Shown here piece after piece: positions 11,215 to 23,564 of a stretch of DNA of 64,000 nucleotides. Source of the DNA: Scyliorhinus canicula (taxonomy: Eukaryota); contig NC_052171.1 in NCBI RefSeq assembly GCF_902713615.1, positions 20,248,324 through 20,312,323 of the forward strand, written 5' to 3'. Position numbers and translations under genes: made by a program. The number at the start of each line of letters is the position of its first letter. Position 1 is the first letter of the stretch. A model generated the notes under the pieces. That model was not told where the DNA came from. It worked only from the letters and a program-made list of their open reading frames with translations, and did not search any database.

Positions 11215-13651
11215 GTGAGTGGGAGAATGTGTGTTATTGAGCGAGAACCAGGCCCCATGCCTCCACCAGGTTTGAGCCTGCCTGGGAGGCGGCTGGTGTG
11301 TGTCATACTCGGCTCAAGGGGGGAGTGAAGATGTGAAGTAAGAACTCGACAGGCCTATGGACAGGGCGCTCGGAGTGGCGAAGGAGTTGTGAGGTTGGTT
11401 TTGCAGAGCGTGGTCTTGAAGAACCCGGTTCAAAGCTCTCTTGGGCAACTTGCTGAGCTTTAATTAGACCAGGCAGCTGACTTTCATTTGGCTTACGGTA
11501 AAGGGAATGGAGAAATGAAGTGACTATTGCGGAAAGTCAGCTTGGACGGGTTGTCCTTCGAGAATTGGTAGGTGAGTGTGGGGTGAGTAGGTTTTGGTGG
11601 GGTACAATATTGGCAGCTCTTACGGGAACGCTGATGAAGTAATGAAGGTAGCAGAGATATGCCAGCAGTTCGCAGCCACCAAGCACACGTTGCAGCACCT
11701 CGGCCTTTGTTTCTTAACATCACGAAAATCAAACCCAAGGGATCAGGATTGTGTGGAACGGGTGTAAATGTCAAGTATCACCCAGTGAAGGTTGGAATAA
11801 GCAAGCTCCAGTGGCTTGGAGAGCTGTGCCAGTGTGTGTGTGGGAGAAGTGAGTTCAAATCCCAGGAAGGATTTTAGCCGGGTGCCCTTGTGTTTTCATC
11901 GACAGTCCCGGAGGCGGCAGAGATGTTAAATATAAGATCCAGACGTTAGGAAAGCATGGAAGGCAGCGTGGCTGAAAGGATGCACACTCACCTTCCTGCG
12001 ATTTGGGTGGTATGGAGGAGACAGGTTCAGGACTAGCTTCGGGTAGTCAAGTCAGAGCTGAAGGTGGTGTTAGGGGTAGAGTGAGTCAGAGCTGAAGGTG
12101 GTGTTAGGGGGTAGAGCTGAAGGTAGTGTTAGGGGTAAAGTGGACAGAGGGAGTCAGAGCTGAAGGTGGTGTTAGGGGTGGAGTTAAGCAGGGAACAGAG
12201 TGGCAGGAGAGGAGGAAGGTGTGATAGGACCCTGCCCGCCTGGGAGAGTTGGAAGGAGCACGGAATGCAAGCTTAAGGGCAGGGTCCTAGAGCCGAAGTG
12301 AGGGGGGGTGGTGGTTTTGGAGGAAGGCCAGAAAAGGTGGAGGACGGAGGCAAAAATGGATAGGGGAGGAAAGTAATAATAATAAAGTAGCTGCTTCACA
12401 GTTCCCGGGTCAGGGCACAACGCCTTATAGGGATTTTTGGCGGGGGGGGGTCCATGAGGGCTCCCTCAATTCCAGATTCTGGCCTCTCTCCAGGACCCTG
12501 CCCTTAAGCTTGCGCTCCTTCCAACTCTCCCAGGCGGGCAGGGTCCTGTCACACCTTCCTCCTCTCCTGCCACTCTGTCCCCTGCTTAACTCTACCCCTG
12601 ACACCACCTTCAGCTCTGACTCCCTCTATCCCTAACACCACCTTCAGCTCTGCCACTCTGACCCCTAACACCACCTTCAGCTCTGACTCCCTCTGTCCAC
12701 TCTACCCCTAACACCACCTTCAGCTCTGACTCCCTGTCTACTCTACCCCTAACACCACCTTCAGCTCTGACTCCCTCTGTCCACTCTACCCCTAACACCA
12801 CCTTCAGCTCTGACTTGACTACCCGCAGCTAGTCCTGAACCTGTCTCCTCCATACCACCCAAATCGCAGGAAGGTGAGTGTGCATCCTTTCAGCCACGCT
12901 GCCTTCCATGCTTTCCTAACGTCTGGATCTTATATTTAACATCTCTGCCGCCTCCGGGACTGTCGATGAAAACACAAGGGCACCCGGCTAAAATCCTTCC
13001 TGGGATTTGAACTCACTTCTCCCACACACACACTGGCACAGCTCTCCAAGCCACTGGAGCTTGCTTATTCCAACCTTCACTGGGTGATACTTGACATTTA
13101 CATCTGTTCCACACAATCCTGATCCCTTGGGTTTGATTTTCGTGATGTTAATAAACAAAGGCCGAGGTGCTGCAACGTGTGCTTGGTGGCTGCGAACTGC
13201 TGGCATATCTCTGCTACCTTCATTACTTCATCAGCGTTCCCGTAAGAGCTGCCAATATTGTACCCCACCAAAACCTACTCACCCCACACTCACCTACCAA
13301 TTCTCGAAGGACAATCCGTCCAAGGTGACTTTCCGCAATAGTCACTTCATTTCTCCATTCCCTTTACCGTAAGCCAAATGGAAGTCAGCTGCCTGGTCTA
13401 ATTAAAACTCAGCAAGTTGCCCAAGAGAGCTTTGAACCGGGTTCTCGCAAGACCATGCTCTGCAAAACCAACCTCACAACTCCTTCGCCACTCCGAGCGC
13501 CCTGTCCATAGGCCTGTCGAGTTCTTACTTCACATCTTCACTCCCCCCTTGAGCCGAGTATGACACACACCAGCCGCCTCCCAGGCAGGCTCAAACCTGG
13601 TGGAGGCGTGGGGCCTGGTTCTCGCTCAATAACACACATTCTCTCACTCAC
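11215..13651. repeat. Large inverted repeat: arms ~11215-12292 and ~12488-13651, ~195-bp spacer
   Basis: Arms are reverse complements with scattered substitutions; mirrored ORF pairs 11493-11774/13091-13372 and 11659-11877/12988-13206. Confidence 0.97.
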
Positions 13652-14526
13652 CCACCCAGTCCCCCTGCTTCCGAAAGCTCTCAATGTTAGAGGATTGGCA
13701 GATTAAATGTCCGCATCGCCATTCTGTCAGCTGGTCGCCACTCGCTGTTTGCTGCCCTGAACCCTGTCTCTCAGGTAGCACCAACACTGGAAGACAAACT
13801 TCAAACCTGCTCAGCACTTTGGTTTCCATTCCAGCAACAGCGCTTGCCTTCATCCTCAACATTGCCATGTCACACTCCCCATCACCACATGGAACCGAGC
13901 TGCTACGTTTCCATTTCCTCTCCTGGGTTTAACGATGACTTCACAACAACATTAGTATTATTGGAAAATAAATGTTCTACTTCTGGGAAGACTAAGGCTC
14001 AGATTTCAATGAGGTTCAAGTTCTCTTCATTTGGGGGCAGAGAGGGGAAACGCGATCAGGATTAGCAGAGTTTGAGGCTATTGAAGAATGGGTGGGGAGG
14101 GAGACACTGGAGGCAGTAACGGTCCCCAACACCCACCTCACTCAGCTGTGATGGTACAGAGTGCGGCACTGGCAGAGGTGCCATCTGTGACAAAACCTGA
14201 GGTCTGCTCTCTCTGACTGAAACAACAAAAGAGCAATGTCCTGACCACTCAACAGACACCCCGAGGAACAGAATCCCTGCTCTACATCGCACGGCTCGTT
14301 GAGGGATCTTGCTCTGTGCACAGTGGTCGCCATGTGGCCTCCATCCCTTCAGTGGGCGAGGTGAGTGCATTGCTCTGGGTCACATTCCCAGCTCCTGAGG
14401 AAAGAAGCGGGGGGCGTCACACCACCACCAGCAAACCACGCAGAATGCAAATAAAGGGAGGGAGATTAAGTTAACATCAATTTGCGACAATTCTATGTGC
14501 TGTGCACCTGATATTGTCAAACATAT

Positions 14527-14735
14527 GGGGCAGCGTGGCAGCCGAGGACCCACTCACGGCGCCGAGGACCCAGGTTCGATCCTGATCATGTCCGTGAGGA
14601 GTTCGCACATTCTCCCCGTGTGCTTGGGTTTCACCCCCACAGCCCAAAGAAGTGCAGGGTAGGTGGATTGGCCGTGCTAAATTGCCCCTTAATTGGACAA
14701 AAAATGAATTGGATACTCTAAATTTAGGGAAAAAA
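14527..14735 (+). mobile_element. V-SINE, short A-tailed subfamily
   Basis: V-core followed by ccttaattgg...actctaaattt A-rich tail. Confidence 0.8.
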
Positions 14736-14984
14736 AGTCAAACACTCGCTGACACCATTTCAGCTGTCAGACTGTTAGCAAGCCCCCACCCCGAGCTTTT
14801 CTCAGGGCCGTGTGTCTGCTTTCCATGCCACTTGACATGGGCTGATTCGCTGTTTTCCAATTATCCCGAGGGTTCATCCCCAACCCTGCAGATCACATCT
14901 CCCACGTCTCGCAGTGAAAGGTCAACCTCACGGAAAAAGGAGAGACCCACATTTACAGTGTGCCCGTTGCAACCTCAGAATGCG

Positions 14985-15021
<37 letters not shown>

Positions 15022-15775
15022 AGCGCAATGGCAGATGAAGCTCCCACAAACTGCAGCAACGTGACGGTGCACAGAATTCAGTGAGGCCAAAACACAAACT
15101 CCTGGAAACAAAGACCTGCGGAGAGACACACGCGCACACAGAGCGGGTTCCACCCGGCCCTGCTTGGCAATTGGAGAGAGGTGGCAAAGGGTGCTTTTTA
15201 ATGCTGCTGAGAAAGGGGTGGGGGTGCGGGTCAGAGAGCGGGAGAGATTAAATGGCAAAAGATGTTATTAACACCCAGAGGACAAGGAGATGACAGGATC
15301 AAAGTCTAACGTTTGATTTGAGTGACTCTGGGTCAGGAATAAACCACACCACCACCCTGCCCGCCTCAGAGTTGGCAATGAGATAGTTTACAAGGGCACC
15401 GTGGTGCCTCATACATGTGACAGCAGCACAGAGGGCAGCAGGGATACTCCCCACCCAGCGCTGCACCCCCAGGGTGTCAGCCTGGCTAATATGCCCACGT
15501 CTCTGAGGTGGAACATGATCCCGAGTGAGGACAATGAAGTGGTCAGTGTCACACATCACTCCACCTGGAGCTGTGCACAGACACATCCACTGCCGTGGTC
15601 TTCGGTCACAGTGTTGGTGCTGAGGTAGAGAGAGGCGCTGGGATTGACCTGCGAGAGAGAGAGAGTGTGGCAATCCACCCGGCCCTCCCAACAGCGCGCG
15701 ACGCAAGCGAAGCCTTCGTGGGGGAAAAACACCAGAGAGCACCCCCGAGTGTCTTTTTTAAATATCGGTCTTTGT

Positions 15776-15781
15776 TTTATT
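15776..15781 (-). terminator. Probable distal PLPP5 polyadenylation signal (alternatives at 17496-17501 and 17748-17753)
   Basis: TTTATT on plus = AATAAA on minus, at the end of a repeat-poor stretch; Pumilio-type TGTAAATA (minus) at 15898-15905. Confidence 0.55.
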
Positions 15782-17889
15782 TGAACACAAAGAGAATAGT
15801 TTCCATCAATCAGTACACAGGGTTGACGCGAGATTACTTCATTCAGATATTGCAACGAGACACAGGGACTAAAACTTGTCGAGTTTCCTTCCCTGGATAT
15901 TTACAGTACATTGAGTGAATCGATAACCACGAGAGACAATACTTGGTTCCTGCAACCACCAATTTCTGGGGGAAATGCACATTCTGTAAACACTGTGACT
16001 ATTGGAAAGATGAGAAAGAAGCAGCAGGTTTGGTAATCAGGAGGGTTGTTTATAGATATATATATTTCAGATACCTCCTGTGTGGAAGGTTGCTGCACCT
16101 TGGCCTGTGCCAACAAGGTTACTTTTCCTGCCAGGGGAAATCATTTCTCTTTGCCCCACCGCCGGCAAAGGAGAGAAATCGGGCGGAGACTTTCATTAGG
16201 AGGTCCAACCAGCAGAGAGCTCCGGGGTGACGGCCATGCAGCCCGCCAAGCACAAGACCAGTGTTGGGGAGAGGGATAGTGCCACCCTATTGTGACGGTG
16301 GGAATGTGTCCACCAAGGCTGTGTCCTTGGAGCAGCTGCGGAGCAAGGTGGGGGCAGGCGTGCAGCCTGTCCACTACTGCCCCCTCAAACCAATTTTCAA
16401 TCTGGAGCCTGTCTCGACACCAGCCTATGTCTGGACAGACGGTGCATTGCACTTGCCAGCCCTGTCTCCCCCCCCACACACAGCCAGGTCAAGACAGTTT
16501 CTGCAGGAAATGGAATGCTAACAGCTCAACTATGGTCACCGAGAAACAACCTCCCACTCCCCAAACACACACACACACATATGGGTGGGCAAGAGATGGT
16601 TCACGGAAACACGTAAAATTCAGTTCAAAATACACGAGGCAGTCACTCTGTCACACAACGACAACACAAACAAGCGGACAGACCCGAGAACAAACCCCGG
16701 GGGGGGGGGGGGGGGGGGTAGGGTTTGGCACTTCATTACTGGTCCATATGGAATGATGATTGGAACAGTCGAGGGTCTGTCTGCACCCAACACCTCAAAA
16801 TGCTCACAGCTCACGGCAATGGACACGTCCCCAGCAGAAAACAGACACCACTCACAGGGCCGAGAGCCATTCTTCGAATAGAATTCACACCCAATGGAGA
16901 ATTGGAACTAAACTTTGCGTTGGTTTTTTTAAAAAAAGATGTGCGAGGGTGAAGCAGTCCGATTTGGGTTAAAAACTTAATGCTTCAATGCCGTCCTTCC
17001 CCCCCCCCTCCTGGGCCTGTGTGTCACTTTGATTCTCAACCGTCCGGTCAAGCAACCGAGAAAAGCAATCAGCTGTCCTTCCCTGTTCAAGGTGATCATC
17101 TTAAACGAAAAGGATTTTCTTTCTTCAAACTTAAGTGTTCTGACACCGCACGGGGTAAGGGTGGAAACCTCACAGACAGCACCAGCTTCGTCCTTGTACC
17201 TTTGCCTGATGTGGTGCTTTCCAGAACCGTTTGAAAAGGGAGAGAGGATTGTCAGCTCACCTTGTCCAGGCCAGGGTGGGTTCAATTGCCCCCTCGTCAG
17301 AAGCCACGGTCGGAATGGGGCAATGAGGCACAGCCCGGGATTCTGGGTGCATCAACGTCAGAGACACTGAACTGACCTGGGAGTGATGTAAATAAGATTC
17401 TGTTAACGGAGCCTACTTTTAAGATGGTGGGCAATCGTACATCGCGCCTCCCCTCCCCTCTGCCTAGCCCCGTCACAATTCCAGCGATCGCCAGCTTTAT
17501 TTACGACAAGGTGCTCGCGTCAAGGGGCCTGATCGACCTCTCGTCCTGCGGAATAAACCTCAGCCATTTGGTCTAGGTGAAGAGGTCAGTTGTTCCCAGG
17601 CTGAAGTTCATTAATCCCGCAGGACAAGTGCTTCAGCGGGTAAATTATACTCAAACTGTCGTGACCTCGGTCAGGGGGGAGGGGGCCATCTCAAAGTCGC
17701 AACGTCTTACAACCATGGCGAAATATTGCCTTCATACTATCGGTTTTTTTATTTGCAAATTTTTAGATTCGAGCAAAAACGACAAAAAAAAATTGTTTAA
17801 AAATAAGTAAAATCAACTGCTTTAACTTTCATGAACCAATAAAATCTGAAATTCTCTGCTGCTTTGCTGGTCCATTTAATTCCCTTGCT

Positions 17890-17976
17890 TTGCACATGTT
17901 TTGTGTGAGTGTGTGTGTGTCAAGCGTGTGCATCTGTGTGTCTGCGAATGTGTGTCTGCGCCTGTGCATGTGCGTG

Positions 17977-18010
<34 letters not shown>

Positions 18011-18730
18011 AGAGAGAGTGGTGTGTGTGTATGTGCGTTCACGTGTGTGGGTGCCTGCATGTATGTGCCTTGTGTATGCGTGTGGAAGAGAGACAATGGG
18101 GTGTGTGTGTGTGCATGTGTGAGGGGGGGGGGGGGGTGTGCGTGTGTGAGAGGGTGGGTGTGTGCATGTGTGAGAGGGGGGGGTGTGTGCGTGTGTGAGA
18201 GGGGGGGTGTGTGCATGTGTGAGGGGGGGGTGTGCGTGTGTGAGAGGGTGGGTGTGCGCGTGTGTGAGAGGGTGGGTGTGTGCATGTGTGAGAGGGGAGG
18301 TGTGTGCGTGTGTGAGAGGGGGGGTGTGTGCATGTGAGAGAGGGGGAGTGTGTGCATGTGAGAGAGGGTGGGTGTGCGCATGTGAGAGAGGGGGGGTGTG
18401 TGCGTGTGTGAGAGGGTGGGTGTGTGCATGTGTGAGAGGGGGGTGTGTGCGTGTGTGAGAGGGGGGGTGTGTGCATGTGAGAGGGTGAGTGTGTGCGTGT
18501 GAGAGGGGGGGGTGTGTGCATGTGAGAGAGGGGGAGTGTGCGTGTGTGAGAGGGTGGGTGTGTGCATGTGAGAGGGGGGGTGTGTGCATGTGAGAGGGGG
18601 GGTGTGTGCGTGTGTGAGAGGGGGGGTGTGTGCATGTGTGAGAGGGGGGGTGTGTGCATGTGAGAGGGTGGGTGTGCATGTGAGAGAGGGGGGTGTGTGC
18701 GTGTGTGAGAGGGGGGGGTGTGCGTGTATA
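17890..18730. repeat. GT-rich compound micro/minisatellite (GTGTGCATGTGTGAGAGGGGGG-like units)
   Basis: Tandem ~20-bp GT/G-run units; lies ~130 nt downstream of the PLPP5 stop. Confidence 0.95.
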
Positions 18731-18858
18731 AATGTCCACTGATTACAAAGTTGAAGGTGGTCCCATTATAAATATGTGCATATAATGCCCAAAAAAAGGG
18801 GAAGGGAAAGCAAGTGAACATGGTGAGAGGGAGGTTGCAGACTCCTGGTGCAGGCTCT

Positions 18859-19025
18859 CTACACGTCCAGTTTGAAGCTGGGGTTTGACAGCTTCCGTTC
18901 CTGCGCCGGCGACAGTCTGGTCTTCAGGTAGGGTTTGTGGCAATCAGGGTCAGACAGACAGGGGTAGTGCTGTCGGTAGCAGGTGTATGCCACGGTCAGC
19001 CCAATCACAGAGCCAGCCAGCACAT
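18859..19025 (-). CDS. PLPP5: PLPP5 last coding exon ([33 protein letters not shown]...FKLDV*)
   Basis: ctgcag acceptor; 167 nt, phase 1; resembles PLPP5 DVLVGSMIG...CYRQYYPPL...CHKP. Confidence 0.92.
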
Positions 19026-19445
19026 CTGCAGGGAATAGAAAGAATATCACACTTTAGTCAAGGGCGGAACACCAGTTACCTGCCGCACACCAGTTGGGAA
19101 GCTGCACATTTGCATAGATTCCCGAGTCAACGTGAACATTCCAGTACCGGGGGAGTTTCCCAGACTTCCCGCACACCCAGCACCACGAGTGTCACAGAAA
19201 CGCCCCACCCCACCAACATTCTCATCATGCTGACGGCCTGTTTACACACAGAAATCCAATGTCTTTTCGAGCAATCTCTGTGCATATATCAGGAATGAGA
19301 ACAAGGCACAGTCACACATACAGTCACCAGCTTCACGAACCCCGCACATTAACCGCCGGCCGTGCCATCCTCCCACTGCTCCTTAACAATAACCCTGGAG
19401 GGACAGGGGAGGGGCTTTTGAGATGTGGTGTGGGGAGGGTCGATG

Positions 19446-19695
19446 ACAGGCCTGAGGGGGCGCGGGACTGAGGGGGCGCGGGTCTGAGGGGGCGCGGGTC
19501 TGAGGGGGCGCGGGTCTGAGGGGGCGCGGGTCTGAGGGGGCGCGGGCCTGAGGGGGCGCGGGCCTGAGGGGGCGCGGGTCTGAGGGGGCGCGGGTCTGAG
19601 GGGGTATGGGTCTGAGGGGGTGCGGGTCTGAGGGGGCGCGGGTCTGAGGGGGTGCGGGTCTGAGGGGGCGCGGGTCTGAGGGGGCGCGGGTCTGA
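19446..19695. repeat. 16-bp CpG/G-rich minisatellite (GGGTCTGAGGGGGCGC)n
   Basis: ~15 near-identical tandem copies in the last PLPP5 intron. Confidence 0.95.
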
Positions 19696-20202
19696 GAGAG
19701 AGAGAGAGACAGAGAGGGGTAGCGGGGTGAAGAGGGTTGGGGATGGGAATTCCTGAAACTGAAGGAGCAGGCTGCTGAGGAACAGGGGTCCGATGGAAGT
19801 GGGAAATGAGGGAGAGGCTCCCAGTGAGTTTCAGAGGGCGAATGGGACCCGGCCGTGAGGAAATCCTACAAAGGAGCAGGTTAACAGTGAGGCTGCGTGG
19901 GATTGGGAGCCATTGCAGGTGAGTGACGGGGGAGCCACACTTGGTGGGAGTTCGTACGACAGCAGCCGCGTGTCGCAGGAGCTGAAGCTGAGGACAGAGG
20001 GGGACAAAACCACAAGGTCGCTCCCAAGGTTAGGAGAGGACATCGCCTCCTGGAGACAGAGAGAAGGGAACAAAATCCAACTGGATTCCAATTCTCCCAT
20101 CGCTGCTCCAATTCTAATCGGGATGCCCAGATGGATCCCGGCATCAGAGGCTGGAAACAGTTCAACGCGAGGCGACGCACGCAAAGTGCCCGTACCCCTC
20201 AC

Positions 20203-20373
20203 CTTGCCAATGGTGCCGGTAGTCACAGGCCCGTGTCAGAGCAATGATGGCCGCCACGTAAAAGGGCATCAACATGGCGCACAGTCGCCATCCTTTCCCA
20301 CGGCCCCTCGACGTGAAGCAGTGGAGCTTACCTCCCAGGTAGAAGGCGGTGAAGCCAAGGCCGGTGAAGGCAA
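20203..20373 (-). CDS. PLPP5: PLPP5 exon ([57 protein letters not shown])
   Basis: ccgcag acceptor, G|gtgagg donor; 171 nt; PAP2 C3 motif (S/T)RxxDYxHHxxD. Confidence 0.95.
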
Positions 20374-20609
20374 CTGCGGGGGCAACCAGAGAACAAGTTT
20401 CAAAGACAATTCTGCCTCACCCTCCGGGCACATGTGCCGCCGAACCTGGCAATAAAGGGAAAGGGTTAATGTTGACAGGGCAGGACACCCACCCAGGTCA
20501 GGTCGATAGCAGGGGGCATTTGGAAAAGAACGATTACAGCAGCGTTCCCTCGGACTGCTGTCCGGTTAACAACGACAAAAGATTGCAGGTTAAGCTAACT
20601 TCTTTCATG

Positions 20610-21063
20610 GAAGCACGGTGGCACAGTGGTTAGCATTGCTGCCTCACGGCACCGAGGTCCCAGGTTCGATCCCGGCTCTGGGTCACTGTCCGTGTGGAGT
20701 TTGTACATTCTCCCCGTGTTTGCGTGGGTTTCGCCCCAACAACCCAAAGATGTGCAGGGTTGGTGGAATGACCACGCTAAATTGCACCTTAATTGGAAAA
20801 AATGAATTGGGTATTCTAAATTTATTTATTTTTTAAAAAATTTTTTAATAAATTTAGATTACCCAATTATTTTTTCTATTAAGGGGCAATTTAGCATGGC
20901 CAATCCACCTACTCTGCACATTTTTGGGTTGTGGGGGCGAAACCCACGCAGAAACGGGGAGAATGTGCAAACTCCACACGGACAGTGACCCAGAGCCGGG
21001 ATCGAACCTGGGACCTCAGCGCCGTGAGGCGGTTGTGCTAACCACTAGGCCACCGTGCTGCCC
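20610..21063. mobile_element. Nested tail-to-tail V-SINE pair (+ 20610-20840, - 20843-21063)
   Basis: Outer TSD AACTTCTTTCATG (20597-20609 / 21086-21098); inner duplication TCTAAATTTATT. Confidence 0.9.
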
Positions 21064-21689
21064 TCTAAATTTATTTTAAAAAGTGAACTTCTTTCATGTA
21101 CAGTTTTGCGTTGTTGCTGGGTCCATCCTTACCAGGAGCAAGTTAAATTGGGAGTGTTTAAGGCAGGAAGCCGCCCTACCAGCCCTGCATCGATGATGAG
21201 GATGGAGTAAAACTGCTACATCGATCCGGTGACATTGATGGAGTGTCAGAGAGCATCACACAGAGGGAAACATAGCTGACTTCACACACCAACTGGAGCA
21301 ATAACTTCCTTTGCTGCTGGAATCTGCCAATGAGTTTAAACAAGGCAATTCAGGGCAGACTGGCTCCGTACTGCTGCCACCTGCTGCAAACAGAGGAACT
21401 TGAGGCCATTGAGCCCTTCCAAGTCTGTTCCATTGAGATCCTGGCCACTGGACACCAAATTCCAAAGTTTCAGTCCGTGGAATCAGGCACCCACTAGTCA
21501 GTATCTTAGAACACAAAGAAACTTGTTGCGTAAAATATATATTACTCGAGTTGCACTCATCCAGGCAAGTGGAGAGTATTCCATCACACTCCTGACTTGG
21601 GCCTTGTTGGTGAAATAATCAATAGTCTTCTTTTAAAGATGAACTAATTTAATGAGTAATATAAATAATATTCTGTGAGCCCTTTGCAC

Positions 21690-22020
21690 TTAATAGAACA
21701 GACAGTGCAGAAGGAGGCCATTCGGTCCATCGAGTGCACCAACCCACTCAAGCCCTCACTTCCACCCTATCCCTGTAACCCAATAACCCCTCCGAACCTT
21801 TTTGGACACTAAGGGCAATTTTGGACACTAAGGGCAATTGATCATGGCCAATCCACCTAACCTGCACGTCTTTGGACTGTGGGAGGAAACCGGAGCACCC
21901 GGAGGAAACCCACGCAGACACAGGGAGAACGTGCAGACTCCGCACAGACAGTGACCCAGTGGGGAATTGAACCTGGGACCCTGGCGCTGTGAAGCCATAG
22001 TGCTATCCACTGTGCTACCC
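21690..22020 (-). mobile_element. V-SINE
   Basis: Reverse-complement tRNA head, V-core and LINE-like tail. Confidence 0.85.
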
Positions 22021-22404
22021 AAGGTAATACTCATCTAGTAAAATAAATAAAATACAGTAAAGATATCTAACTAACTGTACAATGTAATAATGAAAAAACT
22101 TATAATTTCTCTCTCTAGCTGATCTTTGTCTTGTCTGTTCACTCTCCTGAAGTAAACTCTCTGAGAAAGAGCGGGAAAGTCTTTCTTGTACCATCTGATA
22201 GTGAGACATCTAGTGTTGAATTGACTGTACTACATTTACATACATTGACCATGTATATTGATATACAGAGATCACTACAAAACTCAGCAAGCTAATGAAG
22301 TGAGGTGACCAAGAAAGAGCGGAACATTGCGTCAAATCTTTCAAAGTGCCATTGAATGGTCGCTTCATCCAGAATGTTGACCTTGCACCTCGGGCCGATT
22401 AATG

Positions 22405-23460
22405 GCATTTGCACCACTCCCAAGTGCCAGGCAATGACCATCTCCAACAAGAGAGTATCTAACCACCTCCCCCTAACATTCAATGGCATCGCCATCGCTG
22501 AATCCCCCACCATCAACATCCTGGGAGTTACCATTGACCAGAAACTGGGTGGGACAAGCTGTGGTGTACCATCGACAAGATGCACTGCAGAAACTCATCA
22601 AGGCTCCTTAGACTGCACCTTCTAATACCACGTCTACCATCTGGAAAGACAAGAGGTGGCACAGTGGTTACCACTGTTGCCTCACAGCACTGAGAATCCG
22701 GGTTTGATCCCGGCCACTGCCCGTGTGGAGTTTGCACATTCTCCCCGTGTCTGCGTGGGTTTCGCCCCCCACAACCCAAAGATGTGCAGGGTAGGTGGAT
22801 TGGCCATGCTAAATTGCCCCTTAATTGGGGGAAAAAAATTAGGTACTCTAAATTTATTTGTTTTTAAATACAAGGACAAGGGCAGCTGATGCCTGGGAAC
22901 CCCACCAGCTGGAGGGTCCCCTCCAACCCACACACCATCCTGACTGGGAAATATATCGGCCGTTCCTTCACTGTCACTGGGGCAACATCCTGAAACTCCC
23001 TCCCTAACAGCACAGTGGATCTACCTACAGCTCGGGGACTGCGGCGGTTCAAGAAGGTAACTCACCCACCACCTTCTCAAGGGGCAACTAGGGATGGGTA
23101 ATAAACGTTGACCCAGCCAGCGATGACCACATCCCGGAAATCTAAATACTGTGGCTGCAAGAGGTCAGAGGCTGGGAATCCTGTGGTGGGTAACTCACCT
23201 CCTGACCCCCCTCCCCAACTCCCTCAAAGCCTGTCCACCATCTACAAGGCACAAGTCAGGAGTGTGATGGAATACTCTCCACTTGCCTGGATGAGTGCAG
23301 CTCCAACAACACTCAAGAAGCTCGACACCATCCAGGACAAAGCAGCCCGGTTTGATTGGCTCCCCCTTCCACAAACATTCACTCCCTCCACCACCAACGC
23401 ACAGTGACAGCCGTGTGTACCATCTACAAGATGCACTGCAGCAAATCACCAAGGCTCCAA
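22405..23460 (+). mobile_element. Fragments of an older CR1-group LINE, with a V-SINE at ~22655-22870 (related fragments at ~50260-50520 and ~59460-59795)
   Basis: TIYKAQVRSVMEYSPLAWMSAAPTTLKKLDTIQDKAAR and ESPTINILGVTIDQKL recur at several places. Confidence 0.75.
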
Positions 23461-23564
23461 ATGCGATCGCTGAGGCTGACGCCAGCGACGCACACATTCC
23501 ATGAAAGACCTGGGCGTTCTTGATCTGTCTACTGGGCGAAACGATGAAGGTACGGTGAACTTAC

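Noticed and set aside
11493-13372. Mirrored 72- and 93-aa ORFs in the palindrome arms as genes
   Set aside because: No recognisable motifs; the duplication alone explains the pairs
17838-17843. Plus-strand AATAAA as the end of an antisense or extended DDHD2 transcript
   Set aside because: Surrounding sequence reads as U-rich 3'UTR on the minus strand; a lone hexamer is not enough
17876-18821. Long His/Thr/Pro or Cys/Val ORFs
   Set aside because: Translations of the GT/CA simple repeat
20618-20836. Recurrent small ORFs such as MAQWLALLPHG... and GHCLCGVCTFSPC...
   Set aside because: Chance translations of SINE copies
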